Assembly (NCBI GenBank): GCA_964435035.1
Contig: CAYSXR010000002.1
Coordinates: forward strand, 12,252 to 76,251
DNA: 64,000 bases
Origin: an uncultured Gammaproteobacteria bacterium
Lineage (GTDB): Bacteria > Patescibacteriota > Patescibacteriia > Magasanikbacterales > UBA922
Direction: 5' to 3'
Part shown: one piece after another, positions 39,105-49,421 of the stretch
How positions within the stretch are numbered: position 1 is the stretch's first letter
How the letters are laid out: every line of letters begins with the position of its first letter
Made by a program: the position numbers and the translations under genes
The notes under the pieces: model-generated
What the model was told of the DNA's origin: nothing
The model's database searches: none
The model's input: only the letters and a program-made list of their open reading frames with translations

Positions 39105-40364
39105 ATGGAAGAATCAAAGAAAAATAAATTTACTCGACATATTGTCACCAGTGCTTTAATTTTGGGTGTTTTTGTTTCGGGAGTTCTTACAGGTACTTCA
39201 TACGGAATGCGGGCAATACTTCGTGGCGATAATCCTTCTGCAGTGCATGCTGTCACTCATTTATTTTCACCTGCAGAAAACTCGGAAGTTTCTTTTGATC
39301 AGTTCTGGGAGGTGTGGAGGAAAATTCAGGAAAAATATGTGTATAAGCCAGTAGCTGATACTGATTTGTTTTATGGTTCAATGGTGGGTCTTGTTCAATC
39401 GCTTGGTGATCCGTATTCGGTGTACATGCCACCGGCAAAAGCAGAAGAATTCAGACAGGATTTATCGGGTGAATTTTTTGGTATTGGTGCTGAGGTGGGA
39501 CTCAAAGATAATAAGGTAACTGTGATTGCTCCATTGCCCAAATCTCCTGCAGAAAAAGCAGGATTACGAGCAGGGGACGTGATTATTATGGTGGATGGTA
39601 CTGATGTGTCAGGAAAAGGAATTGACGAAGTGATTACACAGATTAGAGGACCTAAAGGTACGGTCGTTACTCTCACTATATTAAAAGTAGGAGCAGTAAC
39701 CGCTACTGAAATAAAGATTACGCGCGATGTAATTACGGTGCCAACTGCGACATGGAGTATGAAAGAAGGAAATATTGCGTACCTTCGTGTTAGCTATTTT
39801 AATGATACGACGTGGGGAGAATTCGATAAAATAGTAAAAGAAATCACCAATAAGAAGGTGCAGGGAATTGTGCTTGATCTTCGAAGTAATCCAGGAGGAT
39901 ATCTTGATACATCGGTACAAGTTGCGAGTGAGTGGATAGACTCTGGGGTGATTGTGTATGAAAAATTAAACGATGGGTACCGTGATCAGTTTAGTGCAGA
40001 CTCAGGTAAACATCGATTTGTGGGTATTCCTACGGTTATTCTTGTAGACGAAGGGACTGCATCTGGGGCTGAGATTGTGTCTGGCGCACTTCAGGATTAT
40101 GGTGTAGCAACTCTTGTTGGAAATAAAACGTTTGGAAAAGGATCGGTGCAGGATTTCGAATATTTCCCTGATGGATCAGCGCTGAAGCTTACTATTGCAG
40201 AATGGCTTACTCCTCATGAACGCCAGATTAATAAGCTGGGAATCGAGCCTGATATTACGATCGAAAAAATGTTTGTGCAAAAAGAGGGAACTGATGGAAC
40301 ATCACCTGATCATTTTGACGACATTGGACTTGTAAAAGCTTTAGAGCTTTTACAGAAAAAATAA
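39105..40364 (+). CDS. ctpA: Carboxyl-terminal processing protease (S41A) with PDZ domain
   Basis: DPYS.Y, GIGA, LDLRSNPGG, TASGAEI, TFGKGSVQ. Confidence 0.93.
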   Translation: MEESKKNKFTRHIVTSALILGVFVSGVLTGTSYGMRAILRGDNPSAVHAVTHLFSPAENSEVSFDQFWEVWRKIQEKYVYKPVADTDLFYGSMVGLVQSLGDPYSVYMPPAKAEEFRQDLSGEFFGIGAEVGLKDNKVTVIAPLPKSPAEKAGLRAGDVIIMVDGTDVSGKGIDEVITQIRGPKGTVVTLTILKVGAVTATEIKITRDVITVPTATWSMKEGNIAYLRVSYFNDTTWGEFDKIVKEITNKKVQGIVLDLRSNPGGYLDTSVQVASEWIDSGVIVYEKLNDGYRDQFSADSGKHRFVGIPTVILVDEGTASGAEIVSGALQDYGVATLVGNKTFGKGSVQDFEYFPDGSALKLTIAEWLTPHERQINKLGIEPDITIEKMFVQKEGTDGTSPDHFDDIGLVKALELLQKK

Positions 40365-40376
40365 GCCCATTTTTCT

Positions 40377-40730
40377 ATGCTTCATATTATCGGTATCGTT
40401 GTCCAAGGGGAGAAGCGTGGGCGTATTTTGGGTTTTCCTACTGCAAATATTGATATCAAAAAGAAAAAACTATATGTAACTCCTGGAATTTTTGCAGGAT
40501 GGGCAGTGGTTGGAAAAAAGAGGTATAAGGCGGCGGTATTTATTCCTACTACTCTTGATCGAGCTGAGGCTCATTTGCTCGATTATACAGGAAAGGAATT
40601 TTATGGAAAGCATATTGAACTCGAAGTATTGCAAAAGGTGAGCGAAATTGAGCGTTATGATACTACTGATGAATTGATCGAAAAAATTAAGAGTGATGTT
40701 GAGCTCGTAAGAGAAGTGTTGGAAAAGTAA
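40377..40730 (+). CDS. Monofunctional riboflavin kinase
   Basis: G.KRGRILGFPTANI, EAHLLDY, FYG; no FAD synthetase domain. Confidence 0.85.
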   Translation: MLHIIGIVVQGEKRGRILGFPTANIDIKKKKLYVTPGIFAGWAVVGKKRYKAAVFIPTTLDRAEAHLLDYTGKEFYGKHIELEVLQKVSEIERYDTTDELIEKIKSDVELVREVLEK

Positions 40731-40750
40731 AAGTGAAAAAGTTAAAAGGT

Positions 40751-40780
40751 AAAAAAATCCGCGATAAAGCGGATTTTTTT
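40751..40780. terminator. Bidirectional terminator
   Basis: aaaaaaatccgc-gataaa-gcggattttttt. Confidence 0.8.
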
Positions 40781-40788
40781 GATGTTGA

Positions 40789-41637
40789 TTATAGTCTCTC
40801 CACCCAATGCTTATCGACAACTACTTCAAGTTCGAGATACACTTTTTTTGCCAAGGCTTGTTCGAGTTCACGACGAGCCATCTGTCCGATTTCTTTGATA
40901 CGTTTTCCTCCTGCGCCAATAATTAATTTTTTGTATCGTTCTTCGTCGGTCAAAATTCTTGCAGTGATTACAAAAATATCTGACTTTTCTTCTACGTTGT
41001 CTACTTCAACAGTCATCGAGTAGGGGATTTCTTTATCAAATACTGAAAACACTTTTTCACGGATAAGTTCTGATATAAAGAAATATTCGTGTACATTGGT
41101 TAGTTGTCCATCGGTGTACATTGGTTCACCTTCAGGCATCAATTCCATTACCTTCTCTTTGAGAGGTTGAATATGACTTGCTCGAAGTGCTGAGAGTGAG
41201 AATACTGCGTTGAAATCTTTTCCTAATAATTCGTAGTCCCTTTGGTGCTTTCGGTCACGTTCTGGAAGATCACTCTTGTTTATTACTAGAATTTTTGGAA
41301 GATCAATGTGTCGGATTAGTCCGAATGCATATCGCTCTTCATCACCAATTTCTCGTGTTGGGTCTACTACATAGATAATCATGTCTACCCCTTCAAGTGC
41401 TTCTTTTGCTCGCTGAATAAGTTTACTCGTAAGTGAACTTTTGCGATCTTTGAAGATACCTGGGGTGTCAACGAAGGTTATTTGTCCCTCAGGAGTATTC
41501 ACTACCCCATGAATCACGTTTCGGGTCATCTGTGCACGAAAACTCGTAGCTGAAACTTTGGTTCCTACGAGGGTGTTTAAGAGGGTGGATTTTCCTACAT
41601 TTGAGCGTCCAATTAGGATGGCAAAGCCTGATTTCAT
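40789..41637 (-). CDS. era: GTPase Era
   Basis: GRSNVGKST, DTPG, NKSD, ELIREK...EIPY, KH domain IIGAGG. Confidence 0.97.
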   Translation of the reverse strand: MKSGFAILIGRSNVGKSTLLNTLVGTKVSATSFRAQMTRNVIHGVVNTPEGQITFVDTPGIFKDRKSSLTSKLIQRAKEALEGVDMIIYVVDPTREIGDEERYAFGLIRHIDLPKILVINKSDLPERDRKHQRDYELLGKDFNAVFSLSALRASHIQPLKEKVMELMPEGEPMYTDGQLTNVHEYFFISELIREKVFSVFDKEIPYSMTVEVDNVEEKSDIFVITARILTDEERYKKLIIGAGGKRIKEIGQMARRELEQALAKKVYLELEVVVDKHWVERL

Positions 41638-41736
41638 AATGGTTTTCTGGTTGTCTAGATTACTAGTTGTCTGGTCAGTAAAAAGAATATATCATGTTAT
41701 TGCCTAAATTTCAAGGATGTTGTATCATATTCCCAT

Positions 41737-42186
41737 ATGAAAGTACTTCTTTTGAGCGATGTACAGACGCTTGGAAAAAAGGGAGAGATCAAAGAAGTTT
41801 CCGAAGGTTATGCTCGGAATTTTCTCATCCGTCAGGGATTGGCAGAGATTGCGACTTCAAAAACATTCTCGATGATTGATTCTCGCAAGAGAAAAGCGGA
41901 CAAAGTCAAAGCAGAAGAAGAAAAAAAACATCGCAAGGTGTTCTCGGCACTTAATGGTAGAAGTATTACTATTCCTGCTAAAGTTGCGGGAGGAACGACA
42001 TTATATGCCGCTGTATCTCCTGCGACGATCTCGGAAGAACTCGAAGAAGTGTATAAGGTTGAAATTGATCCGGCAGATATCGTGATTGAAACACCACTTA
42101 AAATCGTTGGAACACACAAAATCGTCATTGTCTGTAGTAAAGATCTCAAGGCAAAAATGAACGTTATTGTTGAAGCTCTTGATTAA
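41737..42186 (+). CDS. rplI: 50S ribosomal protein L9
   Basis: MKVLLL.DV..LGKKGEI.EV..GYARNFLI. Confidence 0.97.
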   Translation: MKVLLLSDVQTLGKKGEIKEVSEGYARNFLIRQGLAEIATSKTFSMIDSRKRKADKVKAEEEKKHRKVFSALNGRSITIPAKVAGGTTLYAAVSPATISEELEEVYKVEIDPADIVIETPLKIVGTHKIVIVCSKDLKAKMNVIVEALD

Positions 42187-42245
42187 GAATCTTCCTCCTT
42201 TCTCGGAGGATTTTACTTTTTATTTTTTTGAATATTTATTTTTTT

Positions 42246-43880
42246 ATGAAAAAATCCATCAAACGCAAATTTATATTTGTAGTTGGAGGTGTACTTTCGG
42301 GAGTAGGGAAGGGTGTTACTTCTGCATCAGTTGGAGCAATTCTTAAAGCAAAGGGTTTTTCGGTTACTGCATTGAAAATTGATCCGTATGTAAATGTAGA
42401 TGCAGGTACGATGAATCCTGTTGAACATGGAGAAGTTTTTGTGACGGATGATCGTGATGAGACGGATCAGGATATGGGGAATTATGAGCGATTTTTGGAC
42501 GTTGATCTCTCCAGTTTGAATTACATGACGACGGGGAGAGTGTATCTCAGTGTCATTGAAGCAGAACGTGCGATGAAATACAAAGGAAAATGTGTGCAAG
42601 TAGTACCACATATTCCTGAACATATTATTGAACGTATTGAGACTGCAGCTGCGGCTGCCAATGCTGAGATTAGTATTGTTGAAATTGGTGGGACCGTTGG
42701 TGAATATGAAAATATTTTGTTTCTTGAGGCAGCACGTATGATGAAACTCCGAGATCCTGAGAGTATTGCACTCGTTCTCGTGAGTTATTTACCCGTACCT
42801 TCACATTTGGGAGAGATGAAAACCAAACCTACCCAACACGCCTCACGCGCTCTGAACAGTGTTGGACTTCAGGCTGATATGATTGTGGCGCGTGGACCGT
42901 CTGATCTGGATGCGCCACGTCGAGAAAAGCTTGCAATATTTTGTGGAGTGAAGAAAGATTATTGTATTTCAGCTCCTGATGTTTCTAGTATTTATGAGAT
43001 ACCAATCAAGATGGAAGATCAGGATATTGGAAATAAATTACTTTCAATTTTGAAAATAAATAAACGAAAAACTGATTTGAGTGCGTGGAATAAATTATTA
43101 GAGCATGTCCGAAATGGGAAGCGTGAAGTAAAAATTGCTGTTGTGGGAAAATATTTTGGTACTGGAAATTTTACACTTGCTGATTCGTATATTTCAGTGA
43201 TTGAAGCTATTAAGCATGCGTCATGGAGTCAGTCGGTAAAACCAATGCTTGAGTGGGTCGATTCTGAGGAGTTTGAAAAAGATCCAAAATCAATCAAAAA
43301 TTTAAGTAATTTTGATGCAGTGATTGTTCCTGGTGGATTTGGAACACGTGGTGTTGAGGGAATTATTTCTGCAATTGAATATGTTCGAAAAAATAATATT
43401 CCATATTTAGGATTGTGCTACGGTATGCAGCTTGCTACCATTGAATTTGCACGGCATATCTTGAAAAAAACAGATGCACATACACTAGAAGTTAATGCAA
43501 AAACTAAGGATCCGATTATTCATATCAATCCGATGCAAGCTAGTAATGTACGTGAGCAGAAATATGGTGGAACGATGCGATTGGGTGCTTATGACTGTGC
43601 TCTTCGAAAAGACACCAAAGTGTATAAGGCGTATGGAGAAGGTGTTATTTCAGAACGTCATCGTCATCGATATGAGTTTAATAACGAATATCGAGAGGAG
43701 ATGGATGCGGCCGGACTCAAGATAGTTGGTATTAATCCAGAGACTGATTTGGTAGAAATTGTTGAGCTTGAAAATCATCCTTATTTTGTCGGAGTGCAAT
43801 TTCATCCTGAGTTCAAATCTCGCCCCATGCGACCACATCCACTCTTTGTGGGGCTCATCAAAGCTGCTCTTCAGAAATAG
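42246..43880 (+). CDS. pyrG: CTP synthase
   Basis: GGVLSGVGKG, DPYVNVDAGTM, KTKPTQ, LCYGMQ, ERHRHRYE, QFHPE. Confidence 0.98.
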   Translation: MKKSIKRKFIFVVGGVLSGVGKGVTSASVGAILKAKGFSVTALKIDPYVNVDAGTMNPVEHGEVFVTDDRDETDQDMGNYERFLDVDLSSLNYMTTGRVYLSVIEAERAMKYKGKCVQVVPHIPEHIIERIETAAAAANAEISIVEIGGTVGEYENILFLEAARMMKLRDPESIALVLVSYLPVPSHLGEMKTKPTQHASRALNSVGLQADMIVARGPSDLDAPRREKLAIFCGVKKDYCISAPDVSSIYEIPIKMEDQDIGNKLLSILKINKRKTDLSAWNKLLEHVRNGKREVKIAVVGKYFGTGNFTLADSYISVIEAIKHASWSQSVKPMLEWVDSEEFEKDPKSIKNLSNFDAVIVPGGFGTRGVEGIISAIEYVRKNNIPYLGLCYGMQLATIEFARHILKKTDAHTLEVNAKTKDPIIHINPMQASNVREQKYGGTMRLGAYDCALRKDTKVYKAYGEGVISERHRHRYEFNNEYREEMDAAGLKIVGINPETDLVEIVELENHPYFVGVQFHPEFKSRPMRPHPLFVGLIKAALQK

Positions 43881-43969
43881 TAAGAACGTGTGTAGTTAAA
43901 ATATTTCATAGAAAATATAAACTCTATCTTTTCATTGGCTTTCTTGCTATTGGCTATGGACTATGTATA

Positions 43970-45073
43970 ATGGAAGATATGGCTGAAAATTCTGAATATA
44001 GTATTTATCACACCACGAGAGAAGCATGGGAAGCCATGCTTCTCTCTATTGCTGAAGCGAAACACTCGGTTTATTGGGAGATGTATATTTTGGTTGATGA
44101 TGATGCGGGTAATCGATTTTTTGATGTCCTTGTTAAGAAAGCAAAAGAAGGGGTGCGTATCAAAATTATTATTGATTATTGGGGAAGTTTTTGGCTTTCC
44201 AACAAAAAAATCCAAGAACTTCGAGCTGTCGGTATTGATATCAGAATGTTTCATCCAGGCAAAAATCCTTTGTTTGGATTTAAAGATTGGCTCATGCGTC
44301 GAACACATCGCAAAATTTTGATTATTGATGAAAAAATTGGGTTTGTTGGAGGAGTGAATGTACATAAGAGTTTTGAACAGTGGGATGATTTGGTGGTGAA
44401 ACTACAAGGTAAACCAGTCCGCTCGCTCCTTCGGTCATTTGCAAAATTTTATATCAGATGCGGAGGAAACAAAGATGAAGTTCGTCACATGTTCAAATTT
44501 CGTTATCGAGTACGACGTGATACGTTTGATTTTGTCTACGATGATATTGATCGTACTAAGTCAAAAATAAAACGACGATATCTAGATGCTATTTATAAAG
44601 CGCGTGAACGGGTAATTTTATTTTCCCCATATTATTTTCCTGATAGACATTTTCTCGCAGCGCTTTGGGCTGCACGAAACAGAAATGTGCGTGTTGACCT
44701 TTTGATTCCATTTCGTACTGATGTTCGGTTGGCAACATATGCTGCGTATGCGTGGTTTTCACTTATGACTAAACGTGGTGTGAAGGTACACCTCACTAAA
44801 AAAATGATGCATGGGAAAGGTGTGGTGGTAGATGATGATTTGGCATTTGTAGGGACAAGTAATTTGGAACATTCGAGTTTTGACTATAATCAAGAAGTAA
44901 ATATTTCGATGACTGATAAAAAAGCAGTCGCTGAGGTTAAAGGCGTGGTTGAAAAATGGATTGAAGATGCAGATGAACTTGATCGTGAAGTATGGGGAAA
45001 ACGTGGAAAGTGGGCAAGGTTCAAGGAGAAAGTGGCTCAGAAATTGTATGCGTATTGGTTTGATGTAAAATAG
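43970..45073 (+). CDS. Phospholipase D family / cardiolipin synthase-like (ClsB type)
   Basis: Two HKD motifs, HRKILIID and HGKGVVVD; SPYYFP. Confidence 0.88.
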   Translation: MEDMAENSEYSIYHTTREAWEAMLLSIAEAKHSVYWEMYILVDDDAGNRFFDVLVKKAKEGVRIKIIIDYWGSFWLSNKKIQELRAVGIDIRMFHPGKNPLFGFKDWLMRRTHRKILIIDEKIGFVGGVNVHKSFEQWDDLVVKLQGKPVRSLLRSFAKFYIRCGGNKDEVRHMFKFRYRVRRDTFDFVYDDIDRTKSKIKRRYLDAIYKARERVILFSPYYFPDRHFLAALWAARNRNVRVDLLIPFRTDVRLATYAAYAWFSLMTKRGVKVHLTKKMMHGKGVVVDDDLAFVGTSNLEHSSFDYNQEVNISMTDKKAVAEVKGVVEKWIEDADELDREVWGKRGKWARFKEKVAQKLYAYWFDVK

Positions 45074-45096
45074 TTTTTTTGGTTAATTTGTGTATT

Positions 45097-45753
45097 ATGA
45101 AAAAAATTTTATTTAATTTGGAGAATGAGCCAATGAGTGGGCTAACCCATTTTATTGGTTTTCTATTCGCTTTAGCGGGTCTGGTTTTACTTACCGTATT
45201 TGCTAGCCTTCAGGGAAATGTGTGGCATGTGGTAAGCTTTTCTATTTTTGGCACCAGTATGGTTTTGTTGTATGCCGCAAGTTCGGCTTACCATTTTGTT
45301 CCTATTACGTCGCGTGTGAAATCATTGATGCAGCGGATTGATCAGTCAATGGTGTATGTGTTGATTGCGGGTACGTACACTCCACTTGCACTGGTTACAT
45401 TACGAGGTCCGTGGGGTTGGTCTTTGTTTGGGGTGATTTGGGGGCTTGCTCTCGTGGGTGTGGTATTGAGAATCTTTAATATTGTGGTGCCAAAGTCTAT
45501 CTCTCTTGGCCTATATCTAGTCATGGGTTGGCTCGCACTTATCTTTATTTTTCCTCTAAAACAACACCTATCTTCTGTTGCATTATTTTTATTATTTCTT
45601 GGGGGTATATTTTATACGCTTGGTTCTATTGCTTTTGCATTTGGTCATATTACTTTTTATCCCAAATGGTTTGGTATGCACGAAGTGTTCCATATTTTTG
45701 TCATGTGTGGCACTGCTGCACATTTTTGCCTTATTTTTGGATATTTATTATAA
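45097..45753 (+). CDS. Hemolysin III / PAQR (TrhA-like) membrane protein
   Basis: E..S.LTH, SS.YH, D...Y.LIAGTYTP, HEVFHIFV. Confidence 0.92.
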   Translation: MKKILFNLENEPMSGLTHFIGFLFALAGLVLLTVFASLQGNVWHVVSFSIFGTSMVLLYAASSAYHFVPITSRVKSLMQRIDQSMVYVLIAGTYTPLALVTLRGPWGWSLFGVIWGLALVGVVLRIFNIVVPKSISLGLYLVMGWLALIFIFPLKQHLSSVALFLLFLGGIFYTLGSIAFAFGHITFYPKWFGMHEVFHIFVMCGTAAHFCLIFGYLL

Positions 45754-45765
45754 GGGTTTTTTGGT

Positions 45766-47013
45766 ATGGACATGTCACAAAAACAATCCATTCGTGAACC
45801 CCTTGCGTATCGGATGAGACCGAGGAATTTTGATGAGTACGTAGGCCAAGAAAAACTTACAGGCAAAAATTCTTCTTTGCGTAGTATGATCGAAAGAGGA
45901 GTTGTTCCTCCGATGATGCTCTGGGGTCCGCCAGGGGTTGGGAAGACGAGTCTTGCAATGCTTATTTCAGAAGTTGCAGGATTGCCTTTTGTAACACTTT
46001 CAGCAGTTGAGAGTGGAAAGAAGGTGTTGACTGAAACTGTTCGTGAAGCAGAAGAGTTATTTCAGAAGGAAGGTAAACGTACGATTCTTTTTGTTGATGA
46101 AATCCATCGCTGGAATAAGGCTCAGCAGGATGCATTATTGCCCTATGTAGAGCGGGGCACGGTGATTCTCATTGGTGCAACCACTGAAAATCCATCATTT
46201 GAAATTATCTCTCCATTATTATCTCGTACTCGAGTCTATATATTGGAACGTTTGGAGAATGAACATATTATCGAAATTGTTAATCGTGCCTTGAAAGATG
46301 AAGAGAGGGGGCTAGGGAAAATGAATATTAAGTTCGAGGCAAATGTACTCGAGTATATTGCATTTATTTCAGGGGGTGATGCGCGAGTAGCACTGAATGC
46401 ACTTGAGATTGCGTATGTTTCAAAGTCTGGCATCAAGAAAAAAAATGGTGAGATAGTTATTACTGAAAAAGATATTAAGGAAGCTTTGCAACGAACGCAT
46501 GTTATTTTTGATAAAAAAGGTGAGGAATTTTATAATCTTATTTCTGCGTTGCACAAATCAATGCGGGGGAGTGATCCGAATGCTTCTCTGTATTGGCTTG
46601 CGCGTATGCTCGAAGGCGGGGCTGATCCGCTCTATATTGCTCGTCGTGTACTCCGATTTGCAAGTGAGGATATTGGTATGGCAAATAGTGAAGCTATGAT
46701 CCAGGCAAATGCAGCATACGATGCGTGCCACAAGATTGGTATGCCGGAATGTTCGGTTCATCTCGCCCAGGCAGTGGTGTATTGCGCAAAATCGAAGAAA
46801 TCAAATGCATTGTATCGAGCATATGGACTGGCTGCAGCTGACGCACGAAATACATCGCATCTTGGAGTGCCTATTCATCTTCGCAATGCGCCGACCAAAC
46901 TGATGAAAGATATTGGGTATGGGAAGGACTATAAATATAATCCTGATTATACAGAACCAGTAGATCAAGATTATCTTCCTCCTGAATTAAAAAAAAGAGA
47001 CTATTTTGGTTAA
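45766..47013 (+). CDS. rarA: Replication-associated recombination protein A
   Basis: PLA.RMRP, GPPGVGKT, DEIHR.NKAQQD, GATTENP, ISALHKSMRGSD, SEDIG. Confidence 0.97.
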   Translation: MDMSQKQSIREPLAYRMRPRNFDEYVGQEKLTGKNSSLRSMIERGVVPPMMLWGPPGVGKTSLAMLISEVAGLPFVTLSAVESGKKVLTETVREAEELFQKEGKRTILFVDEIHRWNKAQQDALLPYVERGTVILIGATTENPSFEIISPLLSRTRVYILERLENEHIIEIVNRALKDEERGLGKMNIKFEANVLEYIAFISGGDARVALNALEIAYVSKSGIKKKNGEIVITEKDIKEALQRTHVIFDKKGEEFYNLISALHKSMRGSDPNASLYWLARMLEGGADPLYIARRVLRFASEDIGMANSEAMIQANAAYDACHKIGMPECSVHLAQAVVYCAKSKKSNALYRAYGLAAADARNTSHLGVPIHLRNAPTKLMKDIGYGKDYKYNPDYTEPVDQDYLPPELKKRDYFG

Positions 47014-47444
47014 ATAGTCTCTATGGTAATTTTTCTTTCAGTCGTAGTACCTGCAGTAAGTGTAACGACAATCAATTTTTTATTTTCAAGTAACTTCTCT
47101 ACTTTTTCTGGCCACTCTATGATCGTAAGTGTGTCTGGTCTACCTAGATATTCTTCAATTCCTATTTCTATCAGATCTTTGTAGGTTTCAAGTCGGTAGG
47201 TGTCTACATGGACTAATTCTTTGATTGTCTCATGATCCACCGGGTAGACGCTCATGAGTGTGAATGTGGGACTCATCACTTCTTTTTCAATTCCCAATCC
47301 TTCTGCAATTCCTTTGGTAAAGGCAGTTTTGCCTGCACCTAATTCTCCTTTGAGAATAATAATATCTCCGCCCTCAAGCGTGCGAGCAAGCTCTTTGCCA
47401 ATTTCTTTGGTTTCATGTGCTGAGTGGGAGATGTGGGTGGACAT
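47010..47444 (-). CDS. tsaE: tRNA threonylcarbamoyladenosine biosynthesis ATPase
   Basis: GELGAGKT, SPTFTL, HVD.YRL, IEWPE. Confidence 0.96.
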   Translation of the reverse strand: MSTHISHSAHETKEIGKELARTLEGGDIIILKGELGAGKTAFTKGIAEGLGIEKEVMSPTFTLMSVYPVDHETIKELVHVDTYRLETYKDLIEIGIEEYLGRPDTLTIIEWPEKVEKLLENKKLIVVTLTAGTTTERKITIETI

Positions 47445-47448
47445 AGGT

Positions 47449-47546
47449 TGTATTTATCCGTGTAGATCCGTGTCATCAGTGTTCTATTCTAAAACATTCG
47501 CTAATGGAACACGGATGACACGGATCTAACGGATTGGAACGGATTT
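47449..47546. repeat. ACACGGAT periodic inverted-repeat element (copy 2)
   Basis: atccgtgtcatcagtgttctattct ... aatggaacacggatgacacggatctaacggattggaacggattt; close to the reverse complement of 1971-2063. Confidence 0.85.
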
Positions 47547-47550
47547 AATT

Positions 47551-48807
47551 CTATTTACTTACAAGTTCAGGATACAACGGAAACTTTTCATTAAGTTTTT
47601 TTACTTCAGCTTTTATTTCGCTGAGCATTACTTCATCATGTGAATTGGTAAGTGCTCTATCAATATATTCTGCAACGAGTTTCATTTCTTCTTCTTTAAA
47701 TCCTCTGGTAGTGAGTGCTGGAGTTCCGAGGCGAATACCGCTTGGATCCATTGCTGAACGGGCATCGTCTGGGATCATATTTTTGTTTACGGTGATTCCA
47801 GCCTTATCAAGTGCTTTTTCTGCTTCAGCACCGCTAATTCCCTTACTAGTTACTGCGTCAATCAAGAGTAGGTGATTGTCAGTTCCTCCAAACATGAGCT
47901 TGTAGTTTCGGTTGTTGAATTCACTTTCTAATACTTTTGCATTCTTTCTGATTTGTTGTGCATATTCTTTGAATGCTGGCTCAAGTGCTTCTTTGAATGC
48001 TACTGCTTTTGCTGCAATATTATTTTCATGCGGACCACCCTGGAATCCGGGGAATACTGATTTATCAATTGCTTTTGCGATTTCTTTTTTGCACATAATC
48101 ATTCCGCCTCGAGGTCCACGAAGTGTTTTGTGTGTGGTTGTTGTTACTACGTCAAATAGGGGAACGGGATTATTCATTTCACCGCCAGCAATGAGTCCTG
48201 CGATGTGTGCAATATCAGCCATCGTGAGTGCCCCTACTTCGTCTGCAATTTTTTTGATTTCAGCGTATTCGATTTCACGTGAGTATGCACTGTAGCCAAC
48301 GAGAATCATTTTTGGTTTGTGTTCCAGTGCCATTGCTCGAAGATTATCAAGGTCTATTTTTCCTTCGGCATTAGTTTTATATCTAATAAAATTGAATACT
48401 TTCGTCATGTGTGTGACGGGGTGTCCATGTGTTAGGTGTCCGCCATGTGATAAGTCCATACCAAGAATCGTATCTCCTGGATTGAGTAAACCAAAATACA
48501 CAGCAATATTTGCAGGTGCTCCGGATAATGGTTGTACATTCACATGTTCGGCACCAAATAATTGTTTGGCACGATCGATTGCAAGTGTTTCAATTTCATC
48601 AATAAATTCACAACCGCCGTAATATCGCTTTCCTGGGTATCCTTCGGAATATTTATTAGTAGCGATTGATCCGAGTGCTTCAAGTACAGGGAGTGATACA
48701 AAGTTTTCAGAAGGGATCATTTCAAGTCCGGTCTCTTGCCTGTTTCGTTCACGCTCGAGTGCTGCAAATAGGGAAGGGTCGAAATCTTTAATTTTTTGTT
48801 TGTTCAT
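47551..48807 (-). CDS. glyA: Serine hydroxymethyltransferase
   Basis: SENF, NKYSEGYPGKRYYGG, GGHLTHG, TTTHKTLRGPRGG. Confidence 0.98.
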   Translation of the reverse strand: MNKQKIKDFDPSLFAALERERNRQETGLEMIPSENFVSLPVLEALGSIATNKYSEGYPGKRYYGGCEFIDEIETLAIDRAKQLFGAEHVNVQPLSGAPANIAVYFGLLNPGDTILGMDLSHGGHLTHGHPVTHMTKVFNFIRYKTNAEGKIDLDNLRAMALEHKPKMILVGYSAYSREIEYAEIKKIADEVGALTMADIAHIAGLIAGGEMNNPVPLFDVVTTTTHKTLRGPRGGMIMCKKEIAKAIDKSVFPGFQGGPHENNIAAKAVAFKEALEPAFKEYAQQIRKNAKVLESEFNNRNYKLMFGGTDNHLLLIDAVTSKGISGAEAEKALDKAGITVNKNMIPDDARSAMDPSGIRLGTPALTTRGFKEEEMKLVAEYIDRALTNSHDEVMLSEIKAEVKKLNEKFPLYPELVSK

Positions 48808-48883
48808 AAAATAGTTAGTCGTAACTGATGAGTAAGAAAGAAAATTTAACCTAAATTACAACATACTAATTTAATGTATTAAT

Positions 48884-49285
48884 TTATTTGTATTCTTTGA
48901 TAACTTCAATTACATTTGGGGCACAATCTTCAGGGAGATTATTAATATCAAACCATTCCCATTCTACAATATTAGACCCAGGTTTTATTTCTCCAATTCG
49001 TTTTGCAAGATAGTGAATAAGAATCACTAATTTTTCTGGTTGGTCTGGACGAAATACGAGCATTGGTTTGAGGGGTTGTATAATTTCAACTTCAATTCCC
49101 ATTTCTTCCATCACTTCACGCTTACATGCGTCTTCGAGTGAAATGTCAAAAGACTCGACTTCTCCTCCAGGAAAAAGCCAGGGAGTAATCCGTCCATCAT
49201 CTTTTTGTTCTTTATTTAGCAACACCTTACCATCTTCGATAATGACAGGTCCTGAGGCAATGATTGTTTGGGCGGGGAGATTCAT
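48884..49285 (-). CDS. NUDIX hydrolase
   Basis: WLFPGGEVE....LEDACKREVMEEMG. Confidence 0.9.
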   Translation of the reverse strand: MNLPAQTIIASGPVIIEDGKVLLNKEQKDDGRITPWLFPGGEVESFDISLEDACKREVMEEMGIEVEIIQPLKPMLVFRPDQPEKLVILIHYLAKRIGEIKPGSNIVEWEWFDINNLPEDCAPNVIEVIKEYK

Positions 49286-49333
49286 ATGCAGGTATTGTAG
49301 CTAAGATGGCGAAATATCACAAGCTGGTTTTGG

Positions 49334-49362
49334 TTGACTTTCGGTGGGATGTATTGTATGCT
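49334..49362 (+). promoter_or_regulatory. Promoter of orphan cassette E
   Basis: TTGACT-17 nt-TATGCT; SD GGAGG at 49410-49414. Confidence 0.7.
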
Positions 49363-49421
49363 TTTCTGCGGATTTTGCCCGAAGTACGGGTCCGTCACCC
49401 AAGTACTGTGGAGGTTAGTTC

